This document shows positions 58,268-64,000 of a stretch of DNA of 64,000 bases, one piece after another (within the stretch, counting starts at the first letter, position 1; every line of letters starts with the position of its first letter). The position numbers and the translations under genes were made by a program. Source of the stretch: an uncultured Chthoniobacterales bacterium (lineage in GTDB: Bacteria; Verrucomicrobiota; Verrucomicrobiia; Chthoniobacterales; CALDSX01); assembly GCA_937924445.1 (NCBI GenBank), contig CALDSX010000010.1, positions 11,880 to 75,879 on the forward strand, read 5' to 3'. The notes beneath the pieces are model-generated. The model was not told where the DNA came from. It did not search any database and saw only the letters and a program-made list of their open reading frames with translations.

Positions 58268-58720
58268 GTGGAACTCGAAGACATCAAAGCCATTATCGAA
58301 CTAATGAAAGCGAATGACCTCTCCGCCTTCGAGTTGGAGAGAAATGGGGAAAAGCTAAAGATTGAGCGTGGCGGTTTTACTCCGGCTCCGCAGCTCCTGC
58401 CGACGACCGTCGGCTCTACCAATTCTCTATCGCCCGTTCCCCAAGATTCTGCGATTTCTGCGGGCAGTACATCTGCTCCGGCTCCCGGCAAAGAAATTAC
58501 CTCCCCTATGGTGGGCACCTTTTATTCCGCTGCCTCCCCCGAAGCTCCCCCGTTCGTGGCCGTGGGACAAGAAGTCGACGAAGAGACAGTTGTCTGCATT
58601 ATTGAGGCCATGAAAGTGATGAACGAAATCAAGGCTGAGTGTCGCGGGGTGATTGCCGAGGTTGTTGCGGAAAATGGCAAACCGGTTCAGTTCGGTCAGA
58701 CGTTGTTCCGGCTGAAGTGA
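58268..58720 (+). CDS. accB: Acetyl-CoA carboxylase biotin carboxyl carrier protein
   Basis: 150 aa. Biotinylation motif [10 protein letters not shown], with a Pro/Ala-rich linker. GTG start. Confidence 0.9.
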   Translation: MELEDIKAIIELMKANDLSAFELERNGEKLKIERGGFTPAPQLLPTTVGSTNSLSPVPQDSAISAGSTSAPAPGKEITSPMVGTFYSAASPEAPPFVAVGQEVDEETVVCIIEAMKVMNEIKAECRGVIAEVVAENGKPVQFGQTLFRLK

Positions 58721-58744
58721 CAGATCTCCTGAGATTTTTTAACG

Positions 58745-60130
58745 ATGTTTGGAAAGGTGCTCATCGCAAATAGAGGCGAAATCGCCTTGCGCGTCATTCG
58801 CGCCTGCAAAGAACTCGGCATCCGAAGCGTGGCAGTTTATTCCGATGCCGATGTAGATTCGCTCCATGTCCAGCTTGCCGACGAAGCCATTTGCATCGGA
58901 CCGCCTCCGGCGTCAGAGAGCTACCTCAAGATTGACCGCATCATAAGCGCCGCCGAAATTGCAGATGTGGATGCCATTCACCCCGGTTACGGGTTTCTCT
59001 CCGAAAACGCCAACTTCGCGGAAGTGTGTGAAAGTTGTAAGATAAAGTTTATCGGTCCCTCTGCCGCAGCTATCCGTGCGATGGGCGATAAAAACGCCGC
59101 GCGGCAGACTGCAGTGAAAGTCGGGGTGCCTGTCTGCCCCGGCAGTGACGGGGTGGTAGCAGACGAAAAAGAGGCTCTCAAAATCGCCCAAAAAATTGGT
59201 TACCCTGTTATTATCAAAGCTCTCGCCGGGGGTGGCGGTCGCGGGATGCGTATCGCACGTAATGATCCAAGCCTGGTGCAGGGTTTTCACGCGGCACGTG
59301 TGGAGGCTGAAAAAGCCTTTGGCGACGGCGGGGTCTATATTGAAAAATTCATCGAGAATCCGCATCACATCGAGTTTCAAATCGTGGCCGACAGCCACGG
59401 GTCGGTTGTCCATCTTGGCGAACGAGATTGCTCTCTCCAGCGCCGGAACCAGAAAATTATCGAAGAATGCCCTTCGCCTCTCGTGGACGAGGCGCTCCGC
59501 AGGAAAATGGGCCGAGCCTCCGTTAAACTATGCGAGGAGGTTGGTTACGAAAATGTTGGCACGATCGAATATCTCTTGGACGACGGGGGAAATTTTTATT
59601 TCATTGAAATGAACACCCGCATTCAGGTGGAGCATCCGATCACCGAGGAGGTGTTTGGAGTGGATCTCGTCAAGGAGCAAATCCTCATTGCGTCCGGCAA
59701 TCGTCTCACGCCCGGCGTCGCCAACCCGAGGCCTCGCCACCACGCCATCGAGTGCCGAATTAACGCAGAAGATCCATACAACAATTTCCAACCAAGCCCG
59801 GGGCGGATTGAACTTTATTACACGCCCGGCGGGCGAGGCGTCCGGATAGATAGTCACGTCTATTCCGGGTACACCGTGCCGCCATATTATGATTCGATGA
59901 TTGCAAAGCTTATCGTTACAGGTTCGACCCGCGCTTCGGCTATGAATCGTATGACTCGCTGCTTGGGTGAATTTCTCGTGAAAGGCATAAAAACCACCAT
60001 CCCCTTCCAGGACGTGCTGATTCGTAGTGCAGAGTTTCAGCGGGGTAGGTATCATACCGGATTTGTGGAAGAGGTCTTGAACTCGCGTCTCTCAGACTTT
60101 AGCCCCCCTCCGGGTGGGCCTTTGTTATGA
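58745..60130 (+). CDS. accC: Acetyl-CoA carboxylase biotin carboxylase subunit
   Basis: 461 aa. [26 protein letters not shown] and [14 protein letters not shown]. Confidence 0.95.
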   Translation: MFGKVLIANRGEIALRVIRACKELGIRSVAVYSDADVDSLHVQLADEAICIGPPPASESYLKIDRIISAAEIADVDAIHPGYGFLSENANFAEVCESCKIKFIGPSAAAIRAMGDKNAARQTAVKVGVPVCPGSDGVVADEKEALKIAQKIGYPVIIKALAGGGGRGMRIARNDPSLVQGFHAARVEAEKAFGDGGVYIEKFIENPHHIEFQIVADSHGSVVHLGERDCSLQRRNQKIIEECPSPLVDEALRRKMGRASVKLCEEVGYENVGTIEYLLDDGGNFYFIEMNTRIQVEHPITEEVFGVDLVKEQILIASGNRLTPGVANPRPRHHAIECRINAEDPYNNFQPSPGRIELYYTPGGRGVRIDSHVYSGYTVPPYYDSMIAKLIVTGSTRASAMNRMTRCLGEFLVKGIKTTIPFQDVLIRSAEFQRGRYHTGFVEEVLNSRLSDFSPPPGGPLL

Positions 60131-60168
60131 TCCCCCGCCTGAACAATGCGAAAGCCTGGCGGTAAAAG

Positions 60169-61203
60169 GTGTTCTCTGTTATGCCCCGGGAGATTATTGA
60201 TATTCCCTCGACAAGACCCGTTCGGCGGTTGAGACGTCTTCGTCGTTCCCCCGCTGCTCGTTCTCTTGTGTCGGAAACGAAACTTCATCCGCACGATCTC
60301 GTCCAGCCGCTTTTTATCAAGGACTCTGGCGAACCGGAGAAAGTTCCTTCGATGCCGGGTGTTGAGCGCATTCCGCTGGATCGGATCTCTGCGCACTGCG
60401 CAAAGCTGCAGGACCTCGGCCTGCATGCGGTTGCGCTTTTCCCATGCACAGATCCGGCGCTTAAAGATCCAAGCGGCACCGCAGCTTTTGATCCTGAAAA
60501 CCTCATCTGCCGAGGGATAAAAGCCTTAAAGAAAACCCTGCCCGAACTCCTGGTTGTCGCCGATGTGGCTCTCGACCCCTACACCTCGCATGGGCACGAC
60601 GGTTTGCTCGATCCTCAAGGTGATGTGGATAACGACCGCACCGTTGCGGCGCTAGAACGCATGGCCGTTCTTCTCGCACACGCGGGCGCCGACTGGGTCG
60701 CCCCATCCGACATGATGGACGGGCGGGTCGCCGCGATTCGCACCGCCTTGGATGACGCCGGGTGCACACACATCGCAATCCTTGCCTACTCCGCAAAATT
60801 CGCCTCTGCGTTTTACGGACCTTTCCGCGACGCTATCGGCAGCGCCTCATCGGCCGGAACACGTTCGCTCGATAAACGAACCTATCAGCTTGATCCAGCA
60901 AACCGACGAGAGGCGCTGCTCGAGGCAGCGCTCGACGAGGAGGAGGGAGCCGATGCCCTTATGGTTAAACCGGCCGGGCCTTTTCTCGATATCATTCGCG
61001 AAATTCGCGAACGCACAGACCTTCCGCTGGCGGCTTACCAAGTCTCGGGAGAATATGCCCAAATCCACGCTGCCGCTCAGCTTGGTTGGCTCGATCTCAA
61101 AACCGCACGCGACGAATCGCTCGTCGGAATAAAAAGAGCCGGTGCAGACTTTATTCTCACCTACTTTGCCGAATCGTGGGCTCGGGATTATCAAAAAATC
61201 TGA
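60169..61203 (+). CDS. hemB: Porphobilinogen synthase (Asp-rich, Zn-independent-type metal site)
   Basis: RRLRRSPAARSLV.E..L...DLVQPLFI, DVALDPYTSHGHDG, PSDMMDGR and YQVSGEY. GTG 60169; an alternative ATG is at 60181. Confidence 0.9.
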   Translation: MFSVMPREIIDIPSTRPVRRLRRLRRSPAARSLVSETKLHPHDLVQPLFIKDSGEPEKVPSMPGVERIPLDRISAHCAKLQDLGLHAVALFPCTDPALKDPSGTAAFDPENLICRGIKALKKTLPELLVVADVALDPYTSHGHDGLLDPQGDVDNDRTVAALERMAVLLAHAGADWVAPSDMMDGRVAAIRTALDDAGCTHIAILAYSAKFASAFYGPFRDAIGSASSAGTRSLDKRTYQLDPANRREALLEAALDEEEGADALMVKPAGPFLDIIREIRERTDLPLAAYQVSGEYAQIHAAAQLGWLDLKTARDESLVGIKRAGADFILTYFAESWARDYQKI

Positions 61204-61259
61204 TGTCTCATTTGGAGTTCATCGCATCCATTGCGCAGACCCGAGACGAATACCTTGCG

Positions 61260-61787
61260 ATGAAAAAAATAGGTTTCTTTTCCGCCCTTGCAGCGTTTTT
61301 CACCGGCACAGCTTGTTCCAATGCTTCGCCGTCAGCTCTGGCCGTGGGTGATCCAGTGCCTTCCGTTTCAGCCAAAGACCATACCGGCGCCGCTTTTGAC
61401 CCTGCAAAATATGCGGCATCCGGATGGACCCTTTTCTTTTTCTACCCGAAGGCCTTCACCCCAGGCTGCACAGCGCAGTCTTGCAGTGTGCGTGACTCTT
61501 GGGCGGAATTTGAAAAACGCGGAATTCGTGCGGTTGGAATCAGCACGGACGATATAGAAACCCAAGCCAAGTTTGTCTCAGAAAAAAAGTTCCCATATCT
61601 TTTAGTCGCAGATAGTGATAAAGCCGTTTCCAAAGCCTTTGGCATGAGTGGCCTGGCAGGATTCGTTAAACGGGGTGCATTCCTCGCAAAAGATGGCAAA
61701 ATTGTGTGGATTGATCCAAAAGGCTCAACAGCAGACCAAGCTAATGCTGTGCTTGCAGCTTACGATGCGATTTTAGCTGCAAATTGA
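61260..61787 (+). CDS. bcp: Bcp-type peroxiredoxin with signal/lipoprotein leader
   Basis: MKKIGFFSALAAFFTGTAC leader, then YPKAFTPGCTAQSC (peroxidatic plus resolving Cys). The track ORF 61086-61787 overlaps hemB upstream of this start. Confidence 0.8.
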   Translation: MKKIGFFSALAAFFTGTACSNASPSALAVGDPVPSVSAKDHTGAAFDPAKYAASGWTLFFFYPKAFTPGCTAQSCSVRDSWAEFEKRGIRAVGISTDDIETQAKFVSEKKFPYLLVADSDKAVSKAFGMSGLAGFVKRGAFLAKDGKIVWIDPKGSTADQANAVLAAYDAILAAN

Positions 61788-61816
61788 CGTCTTTTAAACA
61801 AGCTCACATCTGCTGA

Positions 61817-62608
61817 TCAATCTTTGAAGGCCTTCTTTTTGTAACCTGGCGGTGGATTAAAATGATCAGGAGCAAACTCTGCCGCTTCACTTGCGCAAAT
61901 TCGCCAATCCGAAACAAATTCCCCTTCCTTAAAGCGCACTCGCCGCACAGGAACTCCTTCATAATCTCCAGGTCGGGGAATCGGAAGAAAAGAACTCGTT
62001 TCTTTTATGCCGGTGAGTGATGAAATGGCAGCGTCGAAAAGTTCTGCGACCTCCGAGAGGACGTCGAGTTCCTGGTTAGAGAAACCGATATTCTCGGGCG
62101 CTGCGGTCCAAAGTTCCGCAATCTTGCGGCCACCCGCACTAATCTCGTATTTTCTGCACATCAGACCTAGCGGGCCTGAGTTCTGTCCAACAAATCGGAA
62201 TTCCAGATTTTCTTCATTGCCGCTAGCGGCCTCCTTTAAGAGGGCGCGTCCGGCGACCAAAAATTTGCTTATCGCTTCCTTCTCCTTGACTCCCATCTTG
62301 GACACCTCCTCTTCAACAGTGTCGAGCGTCTTGCGCGCCTTCGCAAGGAGCGCAAGGATTTGCTCCCGTTCAACCTCGCGGTAGGAAGATTGTTTATCCT
62401 CAATGAGAAAAAAACGTCCATCAGCTCGGCGATAAACAATTGATGAGAGTGCTTTGCCACGCACTCTAGACATTCGCAAACCATCCGCTGAAATCTCATA
62501 GCGGCTGCGACGCACTCGTTGGTCGCCGGGACGTTGTTCCTCAGCCGTGAGAAGACGTCCTCCATACACTGGTGTGACTATTGCACCCATAACCCCGAGT
62601 GCGAACAA
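61817..62608 (-). CDS. Hypothetical secreted protein
   Basis: 263 aa. Hydrophobic N-terminus, TTG start. No recognised motif (possibly DUF4412-like; not verifiable here). Confidence 0.4.
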   Translation of the reverse strand: MFALGVMGAIVTPVYGGRLLTAEEQRPGDQRVRRSRYEISADGLRMSRVRGKALSSIVYRRADGRFFLIEDKQSSYREVEREQILALLAKARKTLDTVEEEVSKMGVKEKEAISKFLVAGRALLKEAASGNEENLEFRFVGQNSGPLGLMCRKYEISAGGRKIAELWTAAPENIGFSNQELDVLSEVAELFDAAISSLTGIKETSSFLPIPRPGDYEGVPVRRVRFKEGEFVSDWRICASEAAEFAPDHFNPPPGYKKKAFKD

Positions 62609-62854
62609 AAACCTGAGCAGAAAGTGGACCCTGGGTTAGCCTTTAATCATAGATAAAGTATCACGCGCAACAAGTTCAACCTAAAATCGCGTGGTTGCAA
62701 CTTTCGAATTGGTCTATGCGATTTGCCGCACCGACGCCTGAAGTAGAGCGATTTTTTTTCGTTGACTTGCGAGTGAACTTTATTGTAGCCTTTGGCTTCC
62801 TAATTCGCCGCTCGTTTCTCCGAATTAACCTCGGAGTTTCCGCAGGCGATTGTT

Positions 62855-63120
62855 CTTTGCGAGTGTAATGAACCAGCGGTCAGACGCGAGGAATCCCGTG
62901 AAAACCGGGAGCAGTTGCGCTGCTGTTACTGGATACGATCTCTTACAAAGCCAATCCGTGCTCTTGAGTAAACAAAACGTTAGTCAGTTCGGAGTGTTTC
63001 TCCGCACCGATGAGCGTTCAGGGGCGGGTGAAGGCGAGAGAAAGGTGAGTTTGTTCCTTGGGTGGGTTAACCGTGCACACCCAGGTAGCCGACCGAAAGC
63101 CAGGAGCCAGAATATTCGCT
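62855..63120 (+). promoter_or_regulatory. Cobalamin (B12) riboswitch-like leader
   Basis: Conserved blocks occur in canonical order. They are GAGGAATCCCGTGAAAACCGGGAGC (62888-62912), GCGCTGCTGTTACTGG (62917-62932), GGCGGGTGAAGGCGAG (63023-63038) and the B12-box-like AAAGCCAGGAGCCAG (63096-63110). Confidence 0.65.
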
Positions 63121-63302
63121 TAGACCGTTCTCATTCGTCACTTTAGCGGGTGCTAAATGACGCAAAAACTTCTTCGCAAAAAAGAAGAATGAGAGGCCAG
63201 CCGCACTTTAAAAACAAAATGGCCATGTCTGTCCGCTTGGCAGCATAAGCCGTTCGTTATCTTGATGCGTGGTCTCTCTCATCCAAACATAAAGAGACCA
63301 AA

Positions 63303-64000
63303 ATGAACATCAAACAAAAGATCACCGCTCTCCTTACCGCAGCGGTTTTTTCACTCACTGCAACCCTCTCTCACAGCCAGGTTGTTGCCAATCTCGATGA
63401 TCTCCACTACTGGGGCTCGGGGACTAACCGCATTGGCTTTGTAGCCTATTGGGATGATTCCAAAACTCCTAATGGTTTAGCTTGGGGTTATAAATGGAGT
63501 GGCACCAAGACGGTGGCAGATATGCTCCTTGATCTTGCGGCGGCCGCTGACTCGCGGCTTTTCCTACGGATTGACTCCTCGACGCCCTTTGGCCTTGCCT
63601 TATTTGGCGTTGGTTACCAGACCGGGAACGCAACTTTCGGAGTGTCGGGGGCTAAGGATCCCGCAGGTAATCCTGTCACGCCAATTTTCACTTCGGGCGT
63701 CGATGATCTCAACACCAGTCTCTCAACCGAGGCACCTTCAAGTTCCATATCTGCCAACCCGGCGAACAGTGTGGATCGTTACCAAGAGGGTTGGCTTGAT
63801 AATGGTTATTGGGAGTTGTTTCACTCGGGTAATTCCTCCACGACCCTTGACCCTAGCTATACCTTCCCAACAACGTGGACTTCCTCTTGGGTCGGAAGCA
63901 GTCTGACTCTTGTCAACGATGCGTGGGTGGCATACACTAAATCAAAACCAGACTATTCCCCAAATTCCCCCACCACCGACGTTGTTGCAGCGGTTCCAGA
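63303..64000 (+). CDS. Secreted protein of unrecognised family; 3' end lies outside the window
   Basis: Hand translation from ATG 63303 stays open to the window end (232 codons). It reads MNIKQKITALLTAAVFSLTATLSHSQ/VVANLDDLHYWGSGTNRIGFVAYWDD...GWLDNGYWELFHSG... It is absent from the ORF track because no stop is reached. Confidence 0.6.
   Translation, partial: MNIKQKITALLTAAVFSLTATLSHSQVVANLDDLHYWGSGTNRIGFVAYWDDSKTPNGLAWGYKWSGTKTVADMLLDLAAAADSRLFLRIDSSTPFGLALFGVGYQTGNATFGVSGAKDPAGNPVTPIFTSGVDDLNTSLSTEAPSSSISANPANSVDRYQEGWLDNGYWELFHSGNSSTTLDPSYTFPTTWTSSWVGSSLTLVNDAWVAYTKSKPDYSPNSPTTDVVAAVP

Noticed and set aside
62850-63146. 98-aa ORF (MFFASVMNQRSDARNPVKTGSS...)
   Set aside because: It coincides with the cobalamin-riboswitch-like sequence blocks. 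It starts at TTG and has no protein-like features. It is better explained as structured RNA.
1-64000. CRISPR arrays, IS elements or transposases, toxin-antitoxin pairs, restriction-modification or other known defence systems
   Set aside because: Reading both strands and the ORF track revealed no spaced direct-repeat array. No protein showed nuclease, helicase, methylase, integrase or transposase motifs. The longer spacers are explained by a tRNA, a riboswitch-like leader or isolated hairpins.

Overview
This is a gene-dense chromosomal window with about 60 CDS, one tRNA, one riboswitch-like leader and two decayed genes. All calls rest on motif recognition in the supplied ORF translations and on reading the DNA directly; no database search was run. 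Gene content and style (an EpsI/exosortase-type protein, GuaB3, many GT2 and GT-C envelope enzymes, frequent GTG/TTG starts) suggest a PVC-group or Verrucomicrobiota-like bacterium, but that is inference only.

Most of the window is housekeeping:
- gatB, ileS, zwf, pyrF, ispE
- a 2-oxo-acid dehydrogenase E1alpha/E1beta/E2 set
- yicC-gmk, gmd, ilvB, panB, nuoG-H-I, gmhA, obg, amt, rfbA, accB-accC, hemB, bcp

I recognised no transposase, integrase, CRISPR array, toxin-antitoxin pair or known defence genes.

The candidates most worth follow-up are:
1. A cobalamin-riboswitch-like leader (about 62855-63120) sits in front of a signal-peptide protein of unrecognised family that runs off the window end.
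2. An exbB-exbD-tonB-like module is chained by GTGA/ATGA overlaps to a 79-aa transmembrane plus zinc-ribbon protein.
3. A gmd / fused GT-A+GT-B / GT-C glycosylation module lies near a second GT39-like gene abutting ilvB, two Ppm1-like GT2 genes and an orphan EpsI-like gene.

Two genes look broken: an MgtC/DUF4010 gene frameshifted near 53417, and AlgX/AlgJ-like remnants at 9554-10156. None of these is proven novel. Each needs the searches listed under the findings.
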